Assembly (NCBI GenBank): GCA_032718475.1
Contig: JAUCBJ010008811.1
Coordinates: 1 to 64,000, forward strand
Source: Nemertoderma westbladi
Lineage: Eukaryota > Animalia > Xenacoelomorpha
Length of the DNA stretch: 64,000 nucleotides
Direction: 5' to 3'
The first letter of the stretch is position 1; every line of letters starts with the position of its first letter. The position numbers were made by a program, and so were the translations under genes. Below, one piece after another: positions 13,062 to 26,400 of this stretch. The notes under the pieces were generated by a model. That model saw only the letters and a list, made by a program, of their open reading frames with translations, searched no databases and was not told the origin of the DNA.

Positions 13062-13134
13062 TGCCCCCTGCCAGGATCGAACTGGCGACCTCCAGATTAT
13101 GAGACTGACGCGCTGCCGACTGCGCTAAGAAGGC
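13062..13134 (-). tRNA. tRNA-Met (CAT), elongator type, second copy
   Basis: Identical to the first copy except C5>T (G-U pair in acceptor stem); flanks 12795-13277 duplicate 10582-11040. Confidence 0.95.
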
Positions 13135-13259
13135 AACTGTTTGGTTGTCATAGAGATGATCATAAGGAATATACATCCTTATAAGGGGTAGAAACGGTTG
13201 TTTTAGTTATATTCTTACTAGAAACTCGAATTCCAACAGCTAGTTGGTGCTGAGAATGT

Positions 13260-16200
13260 TCCCACGTGCGAATATACGTTACCCACGGGCGATTTTACGG
13301 TACCCACGGGCGTTTATACGATACCCACGGGCGTTTATACGATTCCCACGGGCGTTTATACGATACCCACGGGCGTTCATAAGATACCCACGGGCGATTA
13401 TACGTTACCCTCGGGCGATTATATGATACCCACGGGCGTTTATACGATACCCAAGGGCGTTTATACGATACCCACGGGCGTTTATACAGTACGATACAGA
13501 TGACCGTTTATACGATACTCACGGGCGTTTATACGATTCCCACGGGCGTTTATACGATACCCACGGGCGTTTATACGATACCCACGGGCGTTTATACGAT
13601 AACCACGGGCGTTTATACGATACCCACGGACGTTTATAAAGTACCCACGGGCGTTTATACAGTACGATACAGATGACCGTTTATGCGATACCCACGGGCG
13701 TTAATACAGAACGATATCCACGGGCGTTTATTATACAGTAGGATACCCACGGGCGTTTATACGATACCCACGGTCGTTTATACAGTACCCACGGGCGTTT
13801 ATACAGTACGATACAGATGACCATTTATACAGTACCCACGGGCGTTTATACAGTACGATATCCACGGGCATTTAATATATAGTACGATACCCACGGGCGT
13901 TTATACAGTACCCACTGGCGTTTATACAGTACGATATCCACGGGCGTTTATTATACAGTACTATACCAACGAGCTTTTATACGATACCCACGGGCGATTA
14001 TACAGTACCCACGGGCGTTTATACAGTATGATATCCAAGGGCGTTTATTATACAGTACGATACCCACGGGCGTTTATGTGATACTCACGGGCGTTTATAC
14101 GATTCCCACGTGCGCTTATACAGTACCCATGGGCGTTTATACAGTACCCACGGCCGTTTATACAGTACCCACGGCCGTTTATACAGTACGATACCCACGA
14201 GCGTTTATACGATACCCATGGGCGTTTATACAGCACGCACGGGCGTTTATACAGCACCCACGGACGATTATACAGTACGATACCCACGAGCGTTTATACG
14301 ATACCCACGTCCGCTTATACAGTACCCACGGCCGTTTATACAGCACCCACGGCCGTTTATACAGCACCCACGGACGATTATACAGTACGATACCCACGAG
14401 CGTTTATACGATACCCACGGGCGTTTATACAGCACGCACGGGCGTTTATACAGCACCCACGGACGATTATACAGTACGATACCCACGAGCGTTTATACGA
14501 TACCCACCTGCGTTTATACAGCACCCACGGCCGTTTATACAGTACGATACCAACGAGCGTTTATACGATACCCACGGTCGTTTATACAGTACGATATCCA
14601 CGGGCGTTTATACAGTACGATATCCACGGGTGTTTATTATACAGTACGATACCCACGGGCGTTTATACGATACCCACGGTCGTTTATACAGTACCCACGG
14701 GCGTTTATACAGTACGATACCCACGGGCGTTTATACAGTACGATACCCACGGGCGTTTATACGATACACACGTTCTCTTATACAGCACGTACGGGCGTTT
14801 ATACAGCACGCACGGGCGTTTATACAGCACCCACGGACGATTATACAGTACGATACCCACGGGCGTTTATACGATACACACGTTCTCTTATACAGCACGC
14901 ACGGGCGTTTATACAGCACCCACGGGCGATTATACAGCACCCATGGGCGTTTATACAGCACCCACGGCCGTTTATACAGTACGATACCCACGGGCGTTTA
15001 TACAGTACGATATCCACGGACGATTATACAGTACGATACCCACGGGCGTTTATACAGTACGATACCCACGGGCGTTTATACAGTACGATATCCACGGACG
15101 ATTATACAGTACGATACCCACGGGCGTTTATACAGTACGATACCCACGGGCGTTTATACAGTACGATATCCACGGACGATTATACAGTACGATACCCACG
15201 TGCGTTTATACAGTACGATACCCACGGGCGTTTATACAGTACGATACCCACGGGCGTTTATACAGTACGATATCCACGGACGATTATACAGTACGATACC
15301 CACGGGCGTTTATACAGTACGATATCCACGGACGATTATACAGTACGATACCCACGGGCGTTTATACAGTACGATATCCACGGACGATTATACAGTACGA
15401 TACCCACGGGCGTTTATACAGTACGATATCCACGGACGATTATACAGTACGATACCCACGGGCGTTTATACAGTACGATATCCACGGACGATTATACAGT
15501 ACGATACCCACGGGTGTTTATACAGTACGATATCCACGGACGATTATACAGTACGATACCCACGGGCGTTTATACAGTACGATACCCACGGGCGTTTATA
15601 CGATACACACGTTCTCTTATACAGCACGCACGGGCGTTTATACGATACCCACGGGCGATTATACAGCACCCATGGGCGTTTATACAGCACCCACGGACGA
15701 TTATACAGTACGATACCCACGAGCGTTTATACGATACCCACCTGCGCTTATACAGTACCCACGGGCGTTTATACAGCACCCACGGGCGTTTATACAGTAC
15801 GATACCCACGAGCGTTCATACGATACCCACGTGCGCTTATACAGTACCCACGGGCGTTTATACCATACCCACGGTCGTTTATACAGTACGATATCCACGG
15901 GCGTTTATACAGTACGATATCCACGGGTGTTTATTATACAGTACGATACCCACGGGCGTTTATACGATACCCACGGTCGTTTATACAGTACCCACGGGCG
16001 TTTATACAGTACGATACCCACGGGCGTTTATACGATACACACGTTCTCTTATACAGCACCCACGGGCGTTTATACAGCACCCACGGGCGTTTATACAGCA
16101 ACCATGGGCGATTATACAGTACCCACGGGCGTTTATACGATACACACGGGCGTTTATACAGCACCCACGGCCGTTTATTCAGCACCCACGGCCGTTTATA

Positions 16201-18131
16201 CAGCACCCACGGGCGTTTATACGATACCCACGGGCGTTTATACAGCACCCACGGGCGTTTATACAGTACGATACCCACGGGCGTTTATACAGTACGATAC
16301 CCACGGGCGTTTATACGATACACACGGGCGTTTATACAGCACCCACGGCCGTTTATACAGCACCCACGGGCGTTTATACGATACCCACGGGCGTTTATAC
16401 AGTACGATATCCACGGGCGTTTATACAGTACGATATCCACGGGTGTTTATTATACAGCACGATACCCACGGGCGTTTATACGATACCCACGGTCGTTTAT
16501 ACAGTACCCACGGGCGTTTATACAGTACGATACCCACGGGCGTTTATACAGTACGATATCCACGGGCGTTTATACAGTACGATATCCACGGGCGTTTATA
16601 CAGTACGATACCCACGGGCGTTTATACGATACACACGTTCTCTTATACAGCACCCACGGGCGTTTATACGATACCCACGGGCGTTTATACAGCACGCACG
16701 GGCGTTTATACGATACCCACGGGCGTTTATACGATACCCACGGGCGTTTATACAGCACCCACGGGCGTTTATACAGTACCCACGGGCGTTTATACGATAC
16801 CCACGTGCGCTTATACAGTACCCACGGGCGTTTATACAGCACCCACGGGCGTTTATACAGTACGATACCCACGGGCGTTTATACAGTACGATATCCACGG
16901 GCGTTTATACAGTACGATATCCACGGGCATTTATACAGTACGATATCCACGGGCGTTTATACAGTACGATACCAACGAGCGTTTATACGATACCCACGGT
17001 CGTTTATACAGTACGATATCCACGGGCGTTTATACAGTACGATATCCACGGGTGTTTATTATACAGCACGATACCCACGGGCGTTTATACGATACCCACG
17101 GTCGTTTATACAGTACCCACGGGCGTTTATACAGTACGATACCCACGGGCGTTTATACAGTACGATATCCACGGGCGTTTATACAGTACGATATCCACGG
17201 GCGTTTATACAGTACGATACCCACTGGCGTTTATACGATACCCACGGGCGTTTATACAGTACCGACGGGCGTTTATACGATACCCACGGGCGTTTATACA
17301 GCACCCACGGGCGTTTATACGATACCCACGGGCGTTTATACAGCACCCACGGGCGTTTATACAGTACGATACCCACGGGCGTTTATACGATACACACGTT
17401 CTCTTATACAGCACCCACGGGCGTTTATACGATACCCACGGGCGTTTATACGATACCCACGGGCGTTTATACAGCACCCACGGGCGTTTATACAGTACCC
17501 ACGGGCGTTTATACGATACACACGGGCGCTTATACAGCACCCACGGGCTTTTATACAGTACGATACCCACGGGCGTTTATACAGTACGATATCCACGGGC
17601 GTTTATACAGTACGATATCCACGGGCGTTTATACAGTACGATACCCACGGGCGTTTATACGATACACACGTTCTCTTATACAGCACCCACGGGCGTTTAT
17701 ACGATACCCACGGGCGTTTATACAGCACCCACGGGCGTTTATACAGTACGATACCCACGGGCGTTTATACGATACACACGTTCTCTTATACAGCACCCAC
17801 GGGCGTTTATACGATACCCACGGGCGTTTATACGATACCCACGGGCGTTTATACAGCACCCACGGGCTTTTATACAGTACGATACCCACGGTCGTTTATA
17901 CGATACCTACGGTCGTTTATACAGCACCCGCGGGCGTTTATACGATACCCACGGGCGTTTATACAGCACCCACGGGCGTTTATACGATACCCACGGGCGT
18001 TTATACAGCACCCACGGGCGTTTATACAGTACGATACCCACGGTCGTTTATACAGCACCCACGGGCGTTTATACGATACCCACGGTCGTTTATACAGCAC
18101 CCACGGGCGTTTATACGATACCCACGTGCGT
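13260..18131. repeat. 21/26-bp satellite array 2
   Basis: Same units as array 1; a run of nearly pure 26-mers at about 14970-15590. Confidence 0.95.
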
Positions 18132-19454
18132 TGTTCGCGCTTTCAGACCTTTGGCAGTTTAACCCACCAAATTAAGATGTCTTCTAGATATTAAATCTGT
18201 TTTTAGTCTATGACAAGTATTTGATTCACTACACTAGTCGAAACCAATCCGTGCGCGACCATTCACCCGCTGGATATTCCCGGGAGATTGGGTTCGACGG
18301 TTTAATTTTTATTGCTATGTAAGCCTAATGTATTATTCGACTGACAGTATTATATAATCTCTGACAATATTATTCACCTTCGGGAATATTAACAGTTCCT
18401 TTAGGACGTGGCGCTTTATCTATATAAACAGAGTTATGACTTAAACTACTCACAACGATATGGCTTAATTATAATTCACATATATGGCGCATTCTTTAGG
18501 AATTGCTTCTTTAACAGACTCACTCATACACAATGCTGCACAATACTGCATACTAATCTGCCAATCTTCACTGATTTTAGTCACATATAAAAGGAACACA
18601 GGCTGACTCATGTAGGGTCTATCAAATAACATTAGATTCACTTCAAACCACTTTAACATAAGTCACAATCGTTATTGGTAACCTTTCTCTCTTACCTTCG
18701 GTATATCAAGAATATTGGGTTGCGGGGTTATTTATCGTTATTCCAAATATAATAATTCATCAACCATATTATGAAGAACTGACAGTAAATAGCAGTATAA
18801 AACAACAACTGAACACTGATTGTTACGAGTTTGCAATGTTTCAGCAGTCAGGATGTATGATCAGTTAGCAGTAGTCTTTAGGTATGTCGGTATGTCAGTT
18901 AAAGGATATATGCCCTTTATAATTAAACCTACCAGTGTAAGACCAAAAACAGTACAGCACAAAATACTTCCAAGCCGTTCTTTCTTTGGCTCAGGACTGA
19001 ATGTAAACACTGCACATAGGCATTGCGTCATTTCTCGGAAATTTTCTGTACAAGGAGCCATAAAAACGCTCTAATTGGCTGACTGAACTGAGAGACGCCG
19101 TAGAACAAAGGAAATCAACACATATGAATGTCAGCTGTTAACCGTAGTCATAGTAACTACTGTTCAAGAGTAGCTATCACCCCTTTGCGTCACGAATTGC
19201 CATAGAATCATAAAATATGCCTTTCACAGTACACATACGGAGGAAATAGGTCTTAGATCCTCTAAAAACACCGATACAGCAATAATACGGTCTCTTACAC
19301 TTATTAAATCAACTACAGAGTATTTTAATGTAAAAGATAATAAAAATAACGGGGCAATTCAGCAAAGGCTTTTACACCGCTCCCAGAAAATGGGATTTTC
19401 AGTCTATAAAATATAAAAATCACAGTTTCTAAAACATAAAGATACTCTAAACAG

Positions 19455-20739
19455 TTAGTCTTTCTTGCGCGGACGGCGTTTACGCAGTTTTTTAAGGCTA
19501 GCAAGAGTCTTTTTTTTCTTTGGGGGGAGCCACTTTACTAGGAGGGCCATAACTCCTGGGTGAAGGGTGCAATATGATTGCATCAGAAGGTGTAGGATTG
19601 TGGTCGAGGTATCTGCCGTTTCGATATGCTTCTCCTCGAGCTGATTTTCCTCCGCTCGTAGCTGGATACGTTCATCCAAAAACTCTCGCAGAGAATAGGA
19701 TCGTCCAAGTTCGATAACTTCTTAGAGATTCTGGATTTCCCAATCGAATTGAGATAAGGCCAATTCGTTTATCGATTGGACTCACTGTTATAACTTAAGT
19801 TTATCTGAACAAACGCAGGTTTCCCTTTTGATCTTTATAAAATAGCGTTTAACTCGTTTCGTACAACGCTCTCCTTCACCTTGATGAGGGGTTGTATCGC
19901 GTTAAACGTGGACGACCATACGGTTGGATAGTGATATTAGGTGTCCGCGTCACAATCCGGCTAGGTAAGATGGGCGGCTAGCTAGAAATCACTGTCGGAG
20001 TGTTACCGATTAATTGTTAGGGTAGCACTAGATCTTTGAACAGTGAATACAGTCCGCGAGGATCCGCGACACCACCAAGATCGCAGGTCTGAGGTCCAAC
20101 TAAGGAATGAGGAGGTTTGACCGAGTATTCCGGGACTCTGATCGTAGGTTTACTCCAGGATCGTTCGAGCCGAGTGAGCATAGGTGATACGTCAACAAGT
20201 TTCGGTTTACGTGGATGTTTATGTCTTTCCGTTTATTAGTTGGGTCTAGGGCATTTATCGTAATAATACCAAAGACGCACGTCTGGTAGGGTAAACGCGG
20301 GTGATATTTATTTGTTGTTACAATGCTTCTATCAAGAATTCCAAATATACGTTGGAGTTACCGCGTCCATTTGTTTCTTAAGTGTCTTTTCTTTCGAGTC
20401 GATTTCGAATAGAATTTTCGCATTCGAATTTCCGTTTATGGTTCCGACTCCGCTGGGCAGGATATATAGTCGACATAGTCCGTATTGTGTAAATCGATAG
20501 GATGACCAGTAGTTAAGAAGCCCATATACATACCATTACGCCGCGTATATCGAGCAGCGAATTTTCTATAGTCCAACTCGCGCGAGCTGCTCTTGGGACA
20601 TTGGCGGTTCGATATAACGACCATCGTCCTCCGCAGCAGTTGGACTAACGTCGCCGCGTATTAAGCTATCAACAAACGCTTGTAAAAGTAGAGTATATCG
20701 CTCCCCGATACCAAGACCATCTTCTATCAACTCCGTCAT
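19455..20739 (-). pseudogene. Degenerate homolog of the 1130-2774 protein
   Basis: MTELIEDGLGIGERYT...EDDGRYIEPPMSQE, RELDYRKFAARY...FLTTGHPIDLH and C-terminal LASLKKLRKRRPRKKD match copy 1; frameshifted, and the central part looks unrelated. Confidence 0.75.
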
Positions 20740-22391
20740 ATCTGCTATATATGAGTTTATCCATATTATAATGAGTTTATATTTAGGCGAGCGGGCGTCG
20801 CTGCCTACCCCAATCAACCCCGGACAGTACGAGATCCTCAGCGCCGATGTGTCGTCGCCGCTGTACTTTCGCCAACGACGTAGCCGCACAACGACAACGA
20901 CAACCGGCACAAGTCACTCAACTGTCCGTCCCAAAGGCTTAGATGTACTTCAGGTTTCCTTGGAGAGTTAGGTTACTTTTACGATTGCGACTAGCTACTG
21001 TAAACACACCTTAGCAGTAACATTCACCTATAAACTCACAAATACCACACACACAACTTGTCACAAATTACACACACTCGGGTCATTTGTCCGTTAGTCA
21101 ATGCCTTCCAGAATGTCACTGTATTATTATGTATCCTTGGATACTAGTGCACTATTTATTCCCTATGCTATTCCATGGGACAAGCTTTCTATTGTTCTTT
21201 TAACTCAATTCTAATTCTAGCGTGGTTGTTGCTATGGTGACATTATGCAAAGCTAGCGGTAGAATTAGAGCAATTCCAATGCATACAGATCTGGGATGTT
21301 ATTTAATAGTATTCTTTAATAGTCAATGTTCTGTTTTATACATGACTTTATGAATTTTATCGGCTATTGACTATGTTTGGGAGACTTTCGCACACTCATA
21401 CACATAATAAGATAAATCTCCGCTCCCTTGATCTATTAATTAATGGAATTTTGGGAATGTTATAAATTGCGTAAAAATGGCAATTTATTAAATTCATTAA
21501 AAGGCATGAATTTAAATTTATTCCCTGAAATTTTATTATTTGATAATTAAATTGACATATTTTGATTCTAGAATATGTCTGGGGACACAAGATCCTTAAT
21601 TCTATGACAATTGTCTTTTTAAGAATATCGGTAAATGCTACGATATCTTAATTGACTAGAATTGCTGAAGGATCTGAATTTTACAGATTTTGATTTATTA
21701 GATTTGCAAATATTAAATAATTAATATTTGAGATGGGCACCGATTTATTCCAGAACTTGTCTGGGGACGTTAACCACTGATTCTAGAATTTGTCTTTCAA
21801 GTATATCGGTGGGTGCCGCGATATCTTAATCGACTAGAATTACAGATGGTCAAAGGGTTTAACAGATTTATTTTGCGTTATACGCTACTGTTAAAGGGAC
21901 ATCACGCTACTATATGTATTATTTAATATACGGTATGAGAGCAATATCGCACGAAGCAATGTCAGTGTGAAGAGGCAAGTCGTTTCCAAGGTCTACCCAG
22001 AGCTTGGTTTAGCCGAGACACGAGGATCTGAACTTTGCATTCCTAATACTCTGCCTACCAATAATACTTGAATATAGTAGTGGCTTTATTGTACTTTAAT
22101 AAGTACGGACATTTCATCTTACTGTAGTTACGTATTTGTAATGTAATACGGACAGTAAGGAAGAAGGAAAAAAATTATTTCTTGCCGTCACATTAAATAT
22201 AATATATACGTAATTAAGTAATAAACGCGAATATATATTGCACTAATCTACTAAATAATCGCTAAAATAACATTCTACTGAATAAAATTAAAGAAAACGA
22301 TTATAATAGAATTACATAGTAATACATACATAAATATAAAAATAATAAAATAATATAAAATAATAGAGTCACACACCCACTCCATATGTTG

Positions 22392-23429
22392 TTACGTTAT
22401 GGAGTCCCTAGATGTTTGAAGGATTAGGGAGGTGGTCGTGGGAAGAGAATCTTGCCTTCCACAGTTTCCGGAGAGTCCTCCATTCCCTTCCGATAAACAC
22501 AAACGACCGACTGGGTGATTGAGTCGCTGCATCCTGAATACAATTCCAGGTTTCCTCTTCGTCCTGGAATAGTGACGATAGAAACATCGCTCAAAGTATA
22601 TGACGGCGTCACAAAGCCGATTCCAGGAGCTATAGTGGTCCGTCGCTCTCTGCAGGAGAGGTGAGAGTCCCTGCGAGACGTCTGATGTTCCAGAGCTCCA
22701 ATCGCTCTCTCTGATCTTCATGAAGGATCCACTCGCGGAGGGGAGGCCCATATCCACGGCGTCGTCCCTGGCAACATGTAATACCGACAGATCTATCCCG
22801 GGTTCAAATAACTCCGATCCACCCGTCCGGGTTTCAGGTTCGACTTTCTCCGCTCCCTTGGCTGGTCTAATCTCAGTCGGAGTAAGATGGGGAGGCCATT
22901 CATTCTCCTTACTCAGGAAGTCGGGTTCACCTAACCGGTCTATAGTATCTGTCAGTTCTTGAGGAGTTGCTCCTCTGGAAGCGATGTCCGTTGGATTAAA
23001 CTTCTTGGGGCAATATCTCCATTGATCTACATTGGAGCTAAGATTGTCATTATCTGAGGAGTGTGGTGTTCCCTCAGTTGGGTCGTCTCCCTCACTAGTA
23101 TCATCTTCCCATTTACTCCGCTGGCAGACGCGATCTTGAAGCAGTCTTTCTCTGAGAGTTCTACGGGAAGGTCCAGTAAGGTACCAACCTACTCTAGTTC
23201 TTACCGCATAGGGCTGAAGTGGTTGCGGTTGAGCAGGTCGTTTCTCTAATGTCTCCAGCGCCTCATGCGCGTTTTGGCCGATGAGTATTTGCACTCCAGG
23301 ATAATCAGTCTGGAATCGAGGTATGTTAAGATGTTGGATGCTCTCATCCTCGTCCCAATCATAAAGGTCTGCTTGGGTAGTAGCGAAGTTCTTTATAGCC
23401 ACCATTTTCACTGACCTTATGCTGTGTTC
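22392..23429 (-). pseudogene. BEL/Pao pol remnant (end of protease region joined to end of RNase H region)
   Basis: VQILIGQN, AVRTRVGWYLTGP, then QWRYCPKKFNPTDIASRG and YSSWNRL. In frame with the upstream ORF across a single TGA at 23430-23432. No YxDD or integrase motifs seen. Confidence 0.8.
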
Positions 23430-26400
23430 TCATAATTCGTCCTGGGGGGTGGACAACGCTCCGACATAATAATCAGCTGTTATTGTAGATTTCCAAACTT
23501 GCATAATGCCCGACATGTTGAGCTTAGTTTGGAACTTGGGTTGTCCAGCAAATATATCTTCGGCTAACTCTTTATCGATGAATGTTCCTGTGCTGCCGGA
23601 GTCCAGGAGGGCGTTCACTACATAACTCCTCTTAGGTCCGTGAACCCTTACCTGCACCACAGGAAACTCTCGGATTCCTATATTGGAAGTTGGCGCTTTC
23701 CAAGATGGTTGTTGATCGGAAGTAGTTAAGGTAAGGTCGCTGTCTGTGTCTTTCTCATACACGAGTGCTCGATACACTGCGGTGGTGTTTATTAGGTAAC
23801 AGGATTCGTTTTGGTCGGAGAACTCGTCCGTATAGAATCCTTCCATCTCAGATTGATCAGTGTCGTTCACATCACTGAATTGGACATGTAGTTCGGACTC
23901 ACTTACCTGACTCGGGCTGTTTCGTTCGAATTCCGTGTGCAACAAGATATGATGTTTTGCGCCGCACTTTGCACACCTTGCGTCGGAGTTACAGGTTCGC
24001 CGTTGGTGTCCTCGTCTGAGGCAATTATAACACAACCGCTTATCCCACATGACTTCACGTCTATCCTCGAGTGATTTCCTCAGGAATTTATCACACGCAT
24101 TTAAACGGTGGGGCCCGTCGCACAGCACACATTTCGGCTTGATGTTACTTACTTTAACCTGTGCTATGTGGTGCACACTTGTTCTTTCCTCGGGCTTTCT
24201 CACCTGAATTCCTTTAGGAGACGTAGGAGGGGTTTTTTGTACCGGTTCCCTTCTGTCATTGGGTCGAGACTTGGATTTACTTACCTGTTCTTTAGGCATT
24301 TTATTGACATAATAAGGCCTGTCAGTGTCTTTCCCGCTGTCCTCTCCTTGAGAGGTTTGGCTTTCACCGTCGTCGGTATAACATACTGGTGTTACCCTTC
24401 TCCTAGAAACGGGTTTCTCACTTACCTTGTTTTCCAATGTCTTCTCTCTGGACTGCCTTAGGAGCTGTAATTTCACTTCTCCATCTAAGAATGACATGAG
24501 ATCAGCCATGGTAGGGTCTCGTCGTTGTTGTTCCATCATATATAACACTTTCTTATCCCAGCGTGTACCTACTCCACCCTTCGGTAAAGTAGAAGCCACT
24601 GCTCTAATAACCATAGCACTCTGATACTCATGAGACTTACCTAGCCAATCTAATTGTCTGCAGATCTCCTGGATCTCATCGGAAAACTCGATAATTCCGC
24701 TACTAATAAACTTTCGGGGCGCTACTAACTTGGCATACAAGTACCCAGCGATATTATTCCTATTACCATACCTGATGTTTAGTGTATCCCAAACTTGTCT
24801 TAATCCGTCTGGATGTCCAATAAACTTTAACGCCATTAACTTGGGAGATCCTTCCAAGCACTCGATGAGGTATCTAAGTTTTTCTCCATTAGATAGTACA
24901 GAGTTCTGTATGTTATCTTTGTAATATTCATTAAAAGGTAACCATTTCATCTCATCTCCATTGAACTTGACGATCTCTCCAACCTTTACCGCTTGCCGGG
25001 CTTCGGTTCTAGCCATTTGACGCGTAAAACTTTCTTGGGCCATCGTGCTATTTAATATCGAGTTATCGGTATATAAATTTCTCGGATTATGATCAGTTCT
25101 ATAGGGAATATCATTATCAACAGGTCTATAATTACCCTTAATAGGGTTCACTATAGGAGTTTCTACTTCGCTAGCAGTATATATGCGTGTAGGCTCCACA
25201 CCTTGCGCATGCAATACTTCAGACCTAACGGGTTGACACATTGTTACAGAGGGTGGTGGTATACCTCTTTGAGTATTTACTAATTTATCGCGCTCTAGCG
25301 CGATACTTTGCTGCACTTCTTGCAACTCTAGTCTACTTTCCCTTACTGTGCCCTTGAATTGCTGGACAGTCTCCTGCATCTGCCCGAGCAAGATATCCAT
25401 CCCCCGCCGTCTCTCGTCCACCCATTCGACCGCCGAAGCGGGAGTCGCCAACGTTGTAGCGGGCGGACGAGGGACAATGGGCGACAAATTTGGAATATTT
25501 CGCTCGGGGTCCAGGACCTGAACTGTCTCCTGGGCAGTTCTACGGGGCACAGGTAGCTTAGTGCTATGCAGAGGGAATTTATAGGTAGCTTCAGGGAGCT
25601 CAGGCGTATCTTTTACCGAAGGGGTGATTTCGAGAACAGGCCTAATTATTTCAGGCTCATCTACTATAGTAGGGAGTCTTTCTATTTTAATTATTTGGTC
25701 TGTGGGTTCTGTACTACCTAAGTTGGTGTTATTTAGTTGCCTTCTAACAGCTGGAGGCAAATCAGGCAATTTCTGACGGTGGAATGTTCTTTTACGTCTG
25801 CTTAGACGAGATCGATTTCCTCCGCCGTCAGTGTCGGTGGTATCGCCTTCCTCAGATGATGTATAACCTTGTCGTTTGGGAGTAGATCGATTCATCATCT
25901 GCATATTACTAGCTGTTAACTGTTTATTAAAGTTATCTTGCCTCTCTTGAAGATTTTCCAACTCTAGTTGGGTTGTCTCTTCAGATGCCCTCCGTTCTGC
26001 TTCTGCCACTGCTATCTTTCTTTCCGCTTCTGCCGCTGCCGCTTTCCTTTCCGCAGCTGCCGCTTTTGCCTCTGCCGCTGCCTCTGCTGCCTTTCGTTCC
26101 GCTTCTGCCGCTGCCACTTTCCTTTCCGCAGCTGCCGCTTTTGCCTCTGCCGCTGCCTCTGCTGCCTTTCGTTCCGCTTCTGCCGCTGCCACTGCCGCTG
26201 CTGCTGTCTTTCTATCTTCTATACGTTTTTTCTTTACTTGTTCTTCTTGAACCTTGGCGATGCGGAGTTGTTCATCGAATTTAGCTTGGTTCGCCGCTAA
26301 CCTATCCACATCAATTGCATCCAACACAAGTTTGGCTCCTTCGCTGTTAGGGCTAAGTCCCTCCAGCCTTCTCCTCAACTCGTCATCTCCTAAAAAACGC

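Noticed and set aside
10825-13134. Adjacent tRNA-Met as the primer for the BEL element, or as an initiator tRNA
   Set aside because: Its 3' end would need a PBS of TGGTGCCCCCTG, which is not seen near gag. The G1-C72 pair and TTC loop mark it as elongator.
14078-18194. 1000-1365-aa ORFs in all three + frames (also 27144-31523)
   Set aside because: They are by-products of a satellite that lacks stop triplets; the same peptides appear in every frame.
25990-26210. Ala/Glu/Lys-rich repeat in Gag and its Cys/Arg- or Leu/Pro-rich antisense ORFs
   Set aside because: An ordinary coiled-coil expansion in BEL Gag; the antisense ORFs are shadows.
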